Below are positions 1 to 10,355 of a stretch of 64,000 bases of DNA, one piece after another. The notes under the pieces were generated by a model. The model was given only the letters and a program-made list of their open reading frames with translations, was not told the DNA's origin and did not search any database. This DNA is from an uncultured Verrucomicrobiae bacterium (GTDB lineage: Bacteria; Verrucomicrobiota; Verrucomicrobiia; Chthoniobacterales; Chthoniobacteraceae). Both the position numbers and the translations under genes were made by a program. The DNA lies in assembly GCA_963828525.1 (NCBI GenBank), contig CAWHEP010000009.1:256001-320000 (forward strand), written 5' to 3'. The first letter of the stretch is position 1. Each line of letters starts with the position of its first letter.

Positions 1-246
1 TCTGATGCTCCTTGTCATGGGCACCTCCCAGCATTGCACACCCCGCGCTCGCAACAGCTTAATCTCGTCCTGAAACGTCGCGTCCTGGCGCGCGAGTGAG
101 TATACAAATCCGAGTTCAAAACGGGCGAGATCGATGTGCATCAACATGTCGATGACGTGCCTCTTCACTCCCGCGAAACCGGGTTCGGATACCAGCAGTA
201 CCCTAACGCGCCGTAATGGTTGCTCGGCTGTCGTTTGGGAGCTCAT
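1..246 (-). CDS. Glycosyltransferase family 4, N-terminal part (runs off window start)
   Basis: Manual translation from ATG at 246: MSSQTTAEQPLRRVRVLLVSEPGFAGVKRHVIDMLMHIDLARFELGFVYS..., a typical GT-B N-terminus. Open to position 1 and overlaps the preceding GT gene. Confidence 0.7.
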   Translation of the reverse strand, partial: MSSQTTAEQPLRRVRVLLVSEPGFAGVKRHVIDMLMHIDLARFELGFVYSLARQDATFQDEIKLLRARGVQCWEVPMTRSIR

Positions 247-1450
247 GTTGGGAAGGTTTCTCGGCGCCGAGCCACATTTCGGTCTTGTTCCGCAGATAAC
301 GATAAAAAGCGCGCCGGCGTTCCGCCAGCACCGGAGCGATATAACCGCGCGCTATCCGGAGATTACGGGCGGACATCTCCGTCATGCGCGGGCGATCTGA
401 AACCACCTTCTCGATGCGCGACGCCAGACCCTCGGGGTCGTTGGGTGAGACCATCTCCTCGGGGAGCAGAAGTTCGGGAATACCGCCCACGGTCGAACCA
501 ATGCACGGAAGACCACGCGCCATCGCCTCAATCATCGCCCGGGGCACGCCTTCCTGCCGGGAGGGTAGAACGAAGAGGTCGGCAGAATCCAAAGCGTCAT
601 AGACCTCCTGGCCTGTTTTCCTCTGACCAAGGAACTTAACCTTATCCTCAAGGCCGAGAGAATGGGCGAGAGATCGCATCTCCTCCAGATGCAGACCGCT
701 CCCTAGAAATGAAAGCGTCAGGCGGCAACCCCGATCAATACATAACTTCAGGGCCTTCAAAGTGACGTCCGGCGCCTTACTCAAATGCGTGAACGCTCCG
801 ACAGAGATAATGTGAAGCGCGTTCTCTCCCACTTCAAAGGCGCGGGGTTGAGCCACGACCGCGGATGGGGCGAGGTCAATACTCGAGTAGTTGGTGGTGA
901 ACGCGGCGCCTCCGGGCCGGTATCGCCGTTGAAGGGCTTCACGAGTGACATAGGAGGCCGCGCAGGCTCCGGCGACCTCTTTGCGCAAGCGACGGCTGAA
1001 AAGTTGCCGGAAGAAGGGGCGGAGAGGGTGAGGGTGCGCGCCCGGGGAAAAAGTATCATAAGGGTCGGCAATGACCTCAACGCCGTAAGGCCTCGACGCA
1101 GCCTTGCGACCCAGCACAGTGCTTCCCATCGAACAGGGAAGCCGGAAGCACAACGCCTCACGCTCTCGGAGAGCGCTGTCAATGACGCGCCGAAGAGGCA
1201 AAAACACACGCAGATATTCGCGGGGCCCCTGATAATAGGGAAGAGGAACAGGGATGACCCCCAGACCGCTCGCGAGGGCATAGCCTGGCGGAGGGACATC
1301 GCGTGGTTCGGCTCTAGCCAGCAGGCGCACGGAGTCAAAGACGTCCAGGTAGCGGGTGTAAAACGCGTAGTGATCGCTAGGTAGAGCCGCCCATAATCTC
1401 CCGTCGGGGGTGATCGCAAACCTGCCAACACTATTTATAAGAATATTCAT
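203..1450 (-). CDS. Glycosyltransferase family 4 (GT-B)
   Basis: DLFVLPSRQEGVPRAMIEAMARGLPCIGSTVGGIPE (E-x7-E motif); located in the EPS operon. Confidence 0.9.
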   Translation of the reverse strand: MNILINSVGRFAITPDGRLWAALPSDHYAFYTRYLDVFDSVRLLARAEPRDVPPPGYALASGLGVIPVPLPYYQGPREYLRVFLPLRRVIDSALREREALCFRLPCSMGSTVLGRKAASRPYGVEVIADPYDTFSPGAHPHPLRPFFRQLFSRRLRKEVAGACAASYVTREALQRRYRPGGAAFTTNYSSIDLAPSAVVAQPRAFEVGENALHIISVGAFTHLSKAPDVTLKALKLCIDRGCRLTLSFLGSGLHLEEMRSLAHSLGLEDKVKFLGQRKTGQEVYDALDSADLFVLPSRQEGVPRAMIEAMARGLPCIGSTVGGIPELLLPEEMVSPNDPEGLASRIEKVVSDRPRMTEMSARNLRIARGYIAPVLAERRRAFYRYLRNKTEMWLGAEKPSQHELPNDSRATITAR

Positions 1451-2301
1451 TATTCGGACTGGGCGATATCCATTCGCCCGGCTCCAGCTATAAGGTCATT
1501 GCTTCGTCTAAAACCCGCCGCCCGGATGCGCTGCGCGTATCTTGGAAGGTTGAGCAGCCTGAAACGGAGGCGAGCAAAATAAAGGCGGGCAGTTGAGATA
1601 TCTTCCAGAGGGAGGTGCCGCAGGATGTTTTGCCGCTCCGCAAGCCGCGCGGGGACATCGCCGGAAAGCTGCCCCGTCCGGATGCGGAACTGCGCGACTT
1701 CGCGCGGAAAATACCTGAACTCGTAGCCAGCCGCGATGGCCCTGACCCAAAAATCAAGATCACCACACAAGCGAAGAGAGAAATCAAAGCCTCGCAACCG
1801 CTCCACGACTTCCCGACTCGCGAGGGCGCCCTGCTGGGTAAACAAGCTAATTCCCTGCCGAAGCAGCGCGGGGAAATACGAGCTGGAACTTTCCACTGTT
1901 TGCAAGCCAAGCGACACGCCATCCTCGCGGATGTTGCGCACGTCGCCATAGGCAATGACCTTCTCGTTACCGGGGCGACAATGCTTCTGGCATACCGTCG
2001 CGAAGTCCGGCATCAGAAGATCATCATCGTTGATGTAGGTAAACCAATCCCAGTCGGCGCGGAGGAACAGACCCTGGTTGAGCGCGCCATACATTCCCCC
2101 TTCGCGTCCGGCATCAGGGATAACCTGGCAGGCCGGAAAGCGGGCGGATAGCAGAGAAACCGATTTCGCCGGAGCGACAATGACGTGCAAGACGTTTAGG
2201 TCAGACGGCAACTTACGGACGGAGTCAACGCTTGCGTCCAGAAACGGGGAGTCACCCAGCGTAGGTGTTATAATTAACAGGCGGCTGTTTAGCGCAGTCA
2301 T
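1450..2301 (-). CDS. Glycosyltransferase family 2
   Basis: IITPTLG, GMYGALNQG, YINDDDLL (DxD), DLDFWVR. Confidence 0.85.
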   Translation of the reverse strand: MTALNSRLLIITPTLGDSPFLDASVDSVRKLPSDLNVLHVIVAPAKSVSLLSARFPACQVIPDAGREGGMYGALNQGLFLRADWDWFTYINDDDLLMPDFATVCQKHCRPGNEKVIAYGDVRNIREDGVSLGLQTVESSSSYFPALLRQGISLFTQQGALASREVVERLRGFDFSLRLCGDLDFWVRAIAAGYEFRYFPREVAQFRIRTGQLSGDVPARLAERQNILRHLPLEDISTARLYFARLRFRLLNLPRYAQRIRAAGFRRSNDLIAGAGRMDIAQSE

Positions 2302-2305
2302 CCGA

Positions 2306-3361
2306 TCAGCCTATCTGCCGAAGAACGCGGATGTTCTTCTCTGGTTCAGGATTCGTGTTTCCGCGTATCGATCCCCCTCCGCCGGCGGGAGCGGGCCTGC
2401 TCCGGGCGACAAATTCTTGAGCGCGCCCAAGAGCGAGGCGCGCAAACCTGAATCGCCCTGTCTGGAAACACGCGCGGCTGAACTGAGTCCAGCGAGACAT
2501 GTTGTTGAAGCTGATCAACCCAAGGACAAGGTGCGCGATGAAACGCGACGCCGCCCTGCAGAGCTGAAGCGCCAGCGAAAGGTGAAGACGCTCGCCCGCT
2601 TCATAGGCCAATCTCAACATTAAGTCCTCGCCACCCTGCCTTGAACGAAGGTCCAGCAGGTACGACAATCGCATTCTACTTTCTGGAACTACATGCTCGA
2701 AACAGAGCTCCGGCAGGTACCAAATCTCCCAACCACTGTTCACCAGCTTGATGCAAAGCTCGGCGTCTTCCCCGCCAAACTTGGACTCAGGACTGCGGCC
2801 CGGCATCATCCAGACTTCGCCGATCAAGGCGGTCGCCGCCGTCCGGCGGACAAACATCCCGGCGGTGAACTTCCGGCTCAGGCCAATGTTGCATCGATGC
2901 TGTCCCCCATCCCAGATCGCCAAGGAGGACGCAAAGCCTGCGAAATGAGACGGAACCTTCCGCATAGGCTTCGCTATGCTCTTGCCGCCAAAAGCCCCTG
3001 CCTTCGGGGCACTGTGGGCAAAAGCCAATCCGACCTGGATGTAGTCACGGGCGAGGATATTGTCATCATCGACAAAGCACAGCCATTCTCCAAGAGACTG
3101 CTCAATCGCGCGCTTTCGGGCGGCGCTTTGACCAGGGACTTCCTCCCTGACCATCCGGCATTGCAACGCGGAATGAGCCTCGGCGAAGGCTTGGAAGATA
3201 ATCGGGGTGCTGTCAGTGCTCGCGTTGTCAACCAGCAGAATTTCCCATGTCGCGCGATTCTCCCCTTCCTGGAGCGCGAGAGCGTCCAGAGTCGCGGGGA
3301 GGTACCGTTCCCCGTTGTAGCAGCAGATGGCGATTGTCAGGTCGATTTTACCAGTGCTCAT
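2306..3361 (-). CDS. Glycosyltransferase family 2
   Basis: IAICCYNG, LVDNASTD, FVDDDN, GEDAEL. Start placed at ATG 3361 (TGATG overlap with the upstream stop). Confidence 0.9.
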   Translation of the reverse strand: MSTGKIDLTIAICCYNGERYLPATLDALALQEGENRATWEILLVDNASTDSTPIIFQAFAEAHSALQCRMVREEVPGQSAARKRAIEQSLGEWLCFVDDDNILARDYIQVGLAFAHSAPKAGAFGGKSIAKPMRKVPSHFAGFASSLAIWDGGQHRCNIGLSRKFTAGMFVRRTAATALIGEVWMMPGRSPESKFGGEDAELCIKLVNSGWEIWYLPELCFEHVVPESRMRLSYLLDLRSRQGGEDLMLRLAYEAGERLHLSLALQLCRAASRFIAHLVLGLISFNNMSRWTQFSRACFQTGRFRFARLALGRAQEFVARSRPAPAGGGGSIRGNTNPEPEKNIRVLRQIG

Positions 3362-4656
3362 CAGGTCACAGCGGCGAGTGGAAGCATCTCGGCGAGGCGC
3401 GCTTCGAAGCAAGCGACGGAATGGTCGGAGGTGTAACGCGCCCACCCCTCTTCCCGCTCCTGGCTACGCGCCCCGGTCTTCAATTCCTCACGAAGGACGC
3501 GAAGGGCGGAAAGGGAATCAGCCACGTCATCCTGAAGAACCACCGCTCCAAGCGAATATTTCCGCGCGCGCTCTTCCATGCAAAAACCCTGGCTTACGAT
3601 GATGGGCTTACGGAAACGCGCCGCTTTGGCGAGAAGGTTACTGCTATGGCGGAAATTATGATATGCCGCGTATACTATGTCCCCCGCGGCGATGAGTTGA
3701 TCGAACTCGCTATCACTCTCAATCCTCTCAGGATGCTGGAACGTGTTACCCAAGGGGCTGGAGGAAGCCTCCTCCCACATTCGCAGTTCCTCCGCATCGA
3801 ACGTGGATACAGCCAGGCTGCCCGCGAAGACAAAGAAAAATTCTGCCGCATCCTCTCTTCGCGAAAGCCGCAACAGCGTCGAAATCCCCTTTCGCTTTTC
3901 AAGGGAACCAGCTGCAACGACAATCGTACGACCCGCGGCGCGATCTCGGATGCCAGAAATCCATCCCGTGATCGGGGACTCTTCAGCGGGAATGACAAAA
4001 TCCGGCAGGACCGAAACCGGCTTCGACTTCATGTAACGCCGCATCTTATCGGCCACTCCCTCGTCGAGTATGGCAACGCCGCGGCAGTTGGTGGCATGGA
4101 GGGAGAAGTCAGCCCTCCGAAATGGCTGCCGTTCGGCGCCCGGACCTGCGCGTTCATAGCGCGGATGGAAATAAAGCCCCACCCAGGGAAATGGAAAGAG
4201 ACCATCAACGAGAGAAGGAGTGAGGCCGACTCCAAGCAAACTATCGAACATGGCGAAGAAGACCAGATCCGGAGAGCATCCGGCGTTCCTTATCGCTTTG
4301 GCAGCGGCGCGCCACCTGAAGAACGCTTCCGCCGAAGAGCGCACCTGCTTCGGACGGAGATCCGGGAATACCGCCTGCGCCAGCGCTCCGCTCCTAAAGC
4401 GAGAGGCCATTGCTGGAGGCAGAGCGTGGATCTGCGATTTCATCCACTCGGGATCAGGACAGAAGCAATAAACCTGAAAGCCCGCTCGCAGCAAGCTGAC
4501 GGCGAACTGCACCAGCCAGCCAGCATGGTGACCGCTCATAAGGAACTCAATGAGGACGATGGTTTTTGCCGGAACTTGCGACGCGGCAGTCGCTTCATCA
4601 GGCGAGGGGGATCCCTCCAGAACCCAATCCTCCTCAGTAGCCAGGCTCAACGACAA
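3361..4656 (-). CDS. GT-B fold glycosyltransferase (GT4-like)
   Basis: GHHAGW near the N-terminus, GSLEKRKG, SSNLLAKAARFRKPII; operon context. Confidence 0.7.
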   Translation of the reverse strand: MSLSLATEEDWVLEGSPSPDEATAASQVPAKTIVLIEFLMSGHHAGWLVQFAVSLLRAGFQVYCFCPDPEWMKSQIHALPPAMASRFRSGALAQAVFPDLRPKQVRSSAEAFFRWRAAAKAIRNAGCSPDLVFFAMFDSLLGVGLTPSLVDGLFPFPWVGLYFHPRYERAGPGAERQPFRRADFSLHATNCRGVAILDEGVADKMRRYMKSKPVSVLPDFVIPAEESPITGWISGIRDRAAGRTIVVAAGSLEKRKGISTLLRLSRREDAAEFFFVFAGSLAVSTFDAEELRMWEEASSSPLGNTFQHPERIESDSEFDQLIAAGDIVYAAYHNFRHSSNLLAKAARFRKPIIVSQGFCMEERARKYSLGAVVLQDDVADSLSALRVLREELKTGARSQEREEGWARYTSDHSVACFEARLAEMLPLAAVT

Positions 4657-6038
4657 ACCCTCGTCAGTCCATTACTAGACACCTCTGCAAACACCCCTAT
4701 CAGAAGCCCGAGTCCAATGAAGCTGTATGTCCCGTAGCCTCCGCTGATGGCAAGGAGGAGCGCCCATCCGAGAATGCCCGGCAAGGTGACCAACACCGCT
4801 GTCCTTCTATTTATCGACATTGACCTCGGGGCAAAGATGGCCCGGATCAATTTCAGTGGCAGAAAGACATATAAGTAAACAGTAATGGCGACAAAAGGCA
4901 GGACGCCAAACTTGAACAAGAACGTAAAAATACCGATGTGAGTTCCGATGGCGGTATAGTTAAAGATCGACTCGATGGTAAAACCCAGGCCACCGCCGAT
5001 AATCGCGCGAAACAAGCCTAGTTGGTTCAACCCATCGGAAAGCTCCACGAAACGATCCAGGCCACTGTCGATGTCGCTAGAGTTCGTCAGACGATCGGCA
5101 AGAACGGTGCTGCTGCTGAACGCAAGACCGAGGAACGTGGCGACAACGAGCAAACCCATGGCGAGAAGAAGTCCCGCCACCCATGGCGCCGCCCCGCCCA
5201 CACGCCGGGAAATCTTCTCCTTGTCGCGCGTGAAGAGCAGACTTGGCGCGGCAAGAGCGCATACCAGCAACAAAGCAATGGCAAGGCTGCGAGTAGCTCC
5301 GACAATAACGGCAGAGTAGAAGAAAATAAGAAGCGCCGCCATGGAACACGTGAAGTAGAACGCATTCTTCAGGGTGCAAAGGCAAACGATCAGTCCAAGG
5401 AGCGGCACCATCATGCCTGAATAGCTAAAAACATTCAGGTCCCAAAGTCGCTCGCCACCAAGGTAAGCGTCGTTGCTCATGCTGTTCTTCCCGCCCTCGG
5501 CGCTAAGATAAAGAACCAAGCCGGAAATCAGGCAGATCATCAAAAGGTGGAAGCTAGGCCTGCGGAAGGTGATAAGAACGTGGAATAAAGCAAGTCCTCC
5601 AAGACCCCATCCCCAAACCCGGAGGTCCTCGCGAACCCAGTTGAGTTCGTTCCCAAAGACTATGCCTAAGAATGTGTAGGCAATAAGCAGCCCGATGGAG
5701 AAACGTCCGAACTTGCTCTTAAGGGCCTGGCGCAATCCCGGACTTGTGAGCATCGCGAAACCCAGGATCAACGCGAGGCCAATGTCCTTCGGCGCGACAC
5801 CCATGATTGTTACGACCTCCGCTTGATCCACGCTTTTTTGATTGCCAATGTTAAAACAATCGCCACCTACAAAAAGCAGGAGGGTGCAATAGAAAACGAA
5901 CACACCCACCAAGGAGACGAGGAGCGGCTGCCCTTTGGCGCGGCGTCCCTGTTGACCCCCTCGGAAGGAAGCAGACGGCGCGGCAATCACCTGCGCCTGA
6001 TTGTGCGCGACGGCCGTCACGTCACGCCGCCTTTCCAA
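4647..6038 (-). CDS. Wzy-like polysaccharide polymerase / O-antigen ligase family membrane protein
   Basis: About 11-12 hydrophobic segments, GATRS, GGGLG...HIG loop; lies between the flippase and GT genes. Confidence 0.7.
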   Translation of the reverse strand: MERRRDVTAVAHNQAQVIAAPSASFRGGQQGRRAKGQPLLVSLVGVFVFYCTLLLFVGGDCFNIGNQKSVDQAEVVTIMGVAPKDIGLALILGFAMLTSPGLRQALKSKFGRFSIGLLIAYTFLGIVFGNELNWVREDLRVWGWGLGGLALFHVLITFRRPSFHLLMICLISGLVLYLSAEGGKNSMSNDAYLGGERLWDLNVFSYSGMMVPLLGLIVCLCTLKNAFYFTCSMAALLIFFYSAVIVGATRSLAIALLLVCALAAPSLLFTRDKEKISRRVGGAAPWVAGLLLAMGLLVVATFLGLAFSSSTVLADRLTNSSDIDSGLDRFVELSDGLNQLGLFRAIIGGGLGFTIESIFNYTAIGTHIGIFTFLFKFGVLPFVAITVYLYVFLPLKLIRAIFAPRSMSINRRTAVLVTLPGILGWALLLAISGGYGTYSFIGLGLLIGVFAEVSSNGLTRVCR

Positions 6039-7581
6039 AAATCATGGTCATAGCTGGGACAGGAAAAGGGATTTTGCGTGTCACCCGCTCAGCCGCGCGC
6101 CGGAGAGTGGCGGGAGCGTCGCTCGCGGGGAAGATCGCCTTCTCTATTCGCACGACAATCGGGAAGAAGAGGACAGCGTAAACCCCGCCGATAGCCAGAC
6201 GCTCCACGACTCCCATGCCGCTTTTGGTGTAGAACCAAAGGACCACTGCCACCCCATAAAAAAACAGAGGAGTGAGCATGGGTGAAAGGATGCGCCACGG
6301 GAGAGAGGAAATCTTCACGTCTTTCCAGAAAGCGCCGTAAAAGAAGATGACAGCCACGATGAGCCCCAACTGTCCCCAAACCGCTCCGCTGAACCCGAAG
6401 TAATGCCCGAGCAAGTACATCGGAGGAAGAATCCCCAGGATTGAAAGCAGCTGGTAGAAAGTTGCGAGACGCACGCGATCCGTGGCATACGCGAAATTCC
6501 ACGGAACTATGGATTGCGCCTGCAAGATGCCCACGAGCGAGAAAATGAAAATGTAGAGGGTGATGTGAGTGCCGAAGGACTTTCCGACGATCAGGTCCAA
6601 CGCAGCCGGGCCCAGGAGGATCATGACGGAGTAAATCCAGATAGAGACGACGGATATAAACCAGCGAATTTTCGGCTCAATGCGTTCCATAAGAGCAGCT
6701 TTGCTCTCGCCCTCCGCGCAGAGCATTGGGAAAAGATACCCCGCCTGGCCGGCGAGAATCTGATGCCCAATCTCGAAGCCGCGCTTTCCCATGGTGTAGA
6801 ACGGCAGGACGGACGCGCCGAACATCGACGTAATGAGCACACGATCCGTTTGGCCCAATAACATGGTGCCAAGGGAGTTCAGATAAGACCACCGCCCGAG
6901 ACGCCAAAGGCCTCCGAAGGTCGAACGATGCCAGCCGGGAGAAGGGAAAAAACCGGTAAGTTTTGTGGCCATCTGCGCAAGAACGATAAAGTTGATCACG
7001 GCAAGGCCCGCTGTGATAAGCCCGGAGGTGAGGATCGTTGGATACGCGCGAAGAACGAAGATGCCCAACACGCCGCTCGCCAGGTCGAAAGATAGATTCC
7101 GCTTCGTCAGGAAATCGAAGCGTTGGTAAGCTTCGAGAACCGTAATCATGCAGCCGGAAAGCTGCTTCATCGTCACGGTCAAACCCACCAATCCGCAAAA
7201 GACGCGCGCCATGCGCGCATCGCCCTGATATTTTGTCCAGGAAATCAGTTGCGGCGAGGCTAATAGCAGCACGCAGAGGACGATCGCCCCGAAACTGACA
7301 GACACCGTTACGAGCGTGCCTATTATGCGTCGGATAGCCGCGTGATCCTCCTTGGCCTGCGCCTCGCTCAGGAATCGAATCCCGGCAGCACCGAAACCAA
7401 GACCCGCCAGCCCTGCAGTCATGGCAGTTACAGCGGTGATGGCCAGAACAAAACCCGCGTCGCTTACCCCGAGCCAGCGGACGGTGAGCCCAGCAAAAAG
7501 GATATTCAGCACAGCACTGCCGGCCGCGCCGATTCCCGTCCAAATGCTGTTTTTTACAACCTTATGTAAAAAAGCGCTCAC
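6022..7581 (-). CDS. wzx: Oligosaccharide flippase (Wzx family)
   Basis: VKNSIW N-terminus, many TM helices, QTDRVLI...GASVLPFY. Confidence 0.85.
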   Translation of the reverse strand: MSAFLHKVVKNSIWTGIGAAGSAVLNILFAGLTVRWLGVSDAGFVLAITAVTAMTAGLAGLGFGAAGIRFLSEAQAKEDHAAIRRIIGTLVTVSVSFGAIVLCVLLLASPQLISWTKYQGDARMARVFCGLVGLTVTMKQLSGCMITVLEAYQRFDFLTKRNLSFDLASGVLGIFVLRAYPTILTSGLITAGLAVINFIVLAQMATKLTGFFPSPGWHRSTFGGLWRLGRWSYLNSLGTMLLGQTDRVLITSMFGASVLPFYTMGKRGFEIGHQILAGQAGYLFPMLCAEGESKAALMERIEPKIRWFISVVSIWIYSVMILLGPAALDLIVGKSFGTHITLYIFIFSLVGILQAQSIVPWNFAYATDRVRLATFYQLLSILGILPPMYLLGHYFGFSGAVWGQLGLIVAVIFFYGAFWKDVKISSLPWRILSPMLTPLFFYGVAVVLWFYTKSGMGVVERLAIGGVYAVLFFPIVVRIEKAIFPASDAPATLRRAAERVTRKIPFPVPAMTMIFGKAA

Positions 7582-7614
7582 GTCAGGTAGACCCCATCGC
7601 GTTCGCGTCGGCGC

Positions 7615-9762
7615 CTAAGCTACCGCCCCAGCCTTTTCGCCGTAAACGGCTTTGTCGCCGTATTCCCCGAGAGAGTAATGGTAATAATGCCTGCCGCCGC
7701 CATGCCTTGGCAGGTAGTTTAAAACAATGCGAAGCTCCTTGCCGCCCGCCTGCGCAATCTCGTGATGCGCGCGCTGGACAGCCCGTCTCGATGTCGCTCC
7801 GGCGCGTATCACCAAACAGATCGCCTGAACCGAGTTAACCAGCAGGAGTGTGTCGCTCACCGCGTTAATCGGCGCGCTGTCGACGACGATAAATTCAAAT
7901 TCCTGCATGGCGTCTCGCAGAACCTGGGGCATCTTTCCACCCGCGAGCAACTCGGCCGGTTTCGAAGTGTTCGATCCCGCAGGCATCACGAAAAGATTCT
8001 TAACGGCAGTGGAATGCACCGCATCCTTCACCTGCGCGCTTCCATTGAGACAGTCGGTCAACCCCACAGCTTTCACATCCAGATCGAAGGCCTTACCAAC
8101 TCGTGGCTTCCTGAGATCGGCATCTATTATCAGCGTCTTGCACTCCTGCTGCGCAAGCGCCACGGCATAGTTGGAAGCGCAAAAGCTCTTGCCCTCCGAG
8201 GGCACGGCGCTTGTAAACAAGGTGACCTTCGGCGCGACAGTATCCGCTCCACGCACAAAGAGAGCGGTGCGGAGAGAACGGAATGCCTCAGCGAGTGAAG
8301 AGCGTGGCGCGGTAACGAGCGCGAGAGTCTTCTGGTTAAATTTCTTCTTCTTAGCTCTCGGAACGGCCGCGATTACCGGCAACCCCGTCTTGCTTTCCGC
8401 TTCGTCCACCGTCTTAAACGAGCCGTCGAGGGCGAAAAGGAGATAAGCGATTCCGCAGCCAATAGTCAGGCCAGCTATCACGCCGATCGCCACGAAGAAA
8501 TGCTTCTTCGGCGCCACCGGACGAACAGGCACGACGGGTTTATCGACCATCTGCACATCTTCCTGGACGATGCCTTTGGTCACATCCGCTTCTTTCAGGC
8601 GTTTCAAGACGGCTTCGTAGAGAGCGCGATCAGAATCGACCTCCCGCTCAAGAACGTTATACGGGATCGACATTTTATTGAGGTCTATTGCCCTCTGCTC
8701 CTGCCCCTTCAAAGCGTCCTGCAACTTTGTTTCTGTAGACTGCGCGGACTCATAGGCCGTCTTGATACTGGTCGCCGCTTCAAGAAGGCCCTTGTCCAGA
8801 CTCTTCTCCAGGTCGGCGAGCTGACTTTTTGCCTGGATGTATTTGGGATGCTCGGATCGATAGCGCTTGCTAAGGTTCGCGATCTCAGCCTCCTGAGCCG
8901 CAACCTCCTTTTTCAGCTCGACAACCGCCGGCGCGGACGCGATGGATGCAATGGAGAGGAGATCCTGCGGCGGATGATTCGCAATCTTTAGATACTGGCC
9001 ATAATCGGACTCCGCTTTAAGGCGGTCCCCGGTGGCTCTGGTGAGATCCAGGTTCAACTCCTTCAGCTGATCGACGACGATGTCCTGGGTATCGTTTAGC
9101 GACACCGCGTGATTTTTCTCCATGTAAGCCTGCAGCGCTTCCTCTGAGGCCTGGAGCTTGGCACGGAGAACTTCGGCTTCGTCGCTGAGGACCTTGTTGG
9201 CCTGACTCATTATATCCAGGCGACGCTGTATTCCTCCCTGGATGTAAGTGTTCACGACCGCTTCTGCCAATCGACACGCCTGCTCGGGATCGGTGAATCT
9301 GACGCTTAAATCGATGAGACGGGTTCCGCGCCGAAGCTTCGAAGAAACCACGGATTTCATCTTCCTTGCGATGGCGTCGTCCGAATAGGTGGACGCGGCA
9401 TCGGGAAAATAAATTTTGTTATCGAGGACTTTGTTCTGCCGGGCAACCTGCACCAAGAGCCCCGGACTTTCGAGGCTTTGCTCGATCGTCTTGAGGTATT
9501 CCATCGTCCTGGAATCCTCTTCCTTCACATCCTGGATATTTACTGTTTTCTGTTCAGTACCCGATGCTACCTCGACGACTGCGGTGGCTACGTAAGTCTT
9601 CGGAGTGATCATCGCGTACAGCACGGCAAGCGCGGTGAAAACGATGGTGCAAAGAATGATGAGCCACAGTTTCTCGCGGAGAGCGTAGTAAAGAGCAACA
9701 GGGTCAAACGAGGATGCGTTATCCGAGTCGCCAGCATACCCGGACTGTTGTTCTTTCATCAT
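7615..9762 (-). CDS. wzc: Polysaccharide co-polymerase / BY-kinase (Wzc/GumC)
   Basis: Two TMs flanking a coiled coil; AEAFRSLRT, Walker A TSAVPSEGKS, IDADLRKP, VDSAP, Tyr-rich tail HYYHYSLGEYGDKAVYG. Confidence 0.92.
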   Translation of the reverse strand: MMKEQQSGYAGDSDNASSFDPVALYYALREKLWLIILCTIVFTALAVLYAMITPKTYVATAVVEVASGTEQKTVNIQDVKEEDSRTMEYLKTIEQSLESPGLLVQVARQNKVLDNKIYFPDAASTYSDDAIARKMKSVVSSKLRRGTRLIDLSVRFTDPEQACRLAEAVVNTYIQGGIQRRLDIMSQANKVLSDEAEVLRAKLQASEEALQAYMEKNHAVSLNDTQDIVVDQLKELNLDLTRATGDRLKAESDYGQYLKIANHPPQDLLSIASIASAPAVVELKKEVAAQEAEIANLSKRYRSEHPKYIQAKSQLADLEKSLDKGLLEAATSIKTAYESAQSTETKLQDALKGQEQRAIDLNKMSIPYNVLEREVDSDRALYEAVLKRLKEADVTKGIVQEDVQMVDKPVVPVRPVAPKKHFFVAIGVIAGLTIGCGIAYLLFALDGSFKTVDEAESKTGLPVIAAVPRAKKKKFNQKTLALVTAPRSSLAEAFRSLRTALFVRGADTVAPKVTLFTSAVPSEGKSFCASNYAVALAQQECKTLIIDADLRKPRVGKAFDLDVKAVGLTDCLNGSAQVKDAVHSTAVKNLFVMPAGSNTSKPAELLAGGKMPQVLRDAMQEFEFIVVDSAPINAVSDTLLLVNSVQAICLVIRAGATSRRAVQRAHHEIAQAGGKELRIVLNYLPRHGGGRHYYHYSLGEYGDKAVYGEKAGAVA

Positions 9763-10355
9763 AAGATGCTTTCCCCAACCGAGATGATGTCGCCGGGCTG
9801 CACCTCAACCGTTTTTCCCTTTTCCCGGGCCATCTCCTTTGCGTTCAGCTTTAGTATTTCTTCGCGTCCTTTGACGATCCTCTTAAGGGTGATATTCCCC
9901 TGATCCGCGATGCGCGTAAAACCGCCCGCGGTTCCGATCGCCTCCAGCAGGTCGAGCGTATCCTGGTACAGCATGCTGTACGTCCCCGGCTTTTGAACCT
10001 GGCCCAGCACAGTAAAGCGCCGCTTATCGTATCCTTGCAGAGTGATAGTTACTTGGGGATTCACGAGAAATCGCGCATCCAACAGGTCACGAATCTGCCG
10101 CGTCGCGGAGGCGATGCTCTTTCCTCCTATCTCCACTGTTCCTAACAGTGGAAAGCTGATGGTGCCGTCCTTTGAGATGCGGGTGGTCGTAAGAAGATCA
10201 TCCTCCTGGAAGACCTTGATCTCGACTAAATCTCCTGGGTTGAGCTTGTAGTTATCCCCTGCGCCGGAACCGCTCGATCCTTGGGCAAAGGTTCGCGAGG
10301 ACAGGGAAAGGACGCATACAAGGCAGGCAAGGAGAAATTGTCGCATGTTTATCAA
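9759..10355 (-). CDS. Polysaccharide export protein (Wza/OPX, Poly_export + SLBB)
   Basis: Signal peptide, YKLNPGDLVEIKVF, DGTISFPLLG, VLGQVQKPG, AGGFT. Confidence 0.9.
   Translation of the reverse strand: MINMRQFLLACLVCVLSLSSRTFAQGSSGSGAGDNYKLNPGDLVEIKVFQEDDLLTTTRISKDGTISFPLLGTVEIGGKSIASATRQIRDLLDARFLVNPQVTITLQGYDKRRFTVLGQVQKPGTYSMLYQDTLDLLEAIGTAGGFTRIADQGNITLKRIVKGREEILKLNAKEMAREKGKTVEVQPGDIISVGESIL

Noticed and set aside
3247..4737. 496-aa plus-strand ORF, and many other long overlapping ORFs in the track (e.g. 49132-50172, 28993-29904, 31890-32786)
   Set aside because: They lie antisense to well-supported genes, are Arg/Pro/Ser-rich and carry no motifs; such shadow ORFs are expected in GC-rich DNA.
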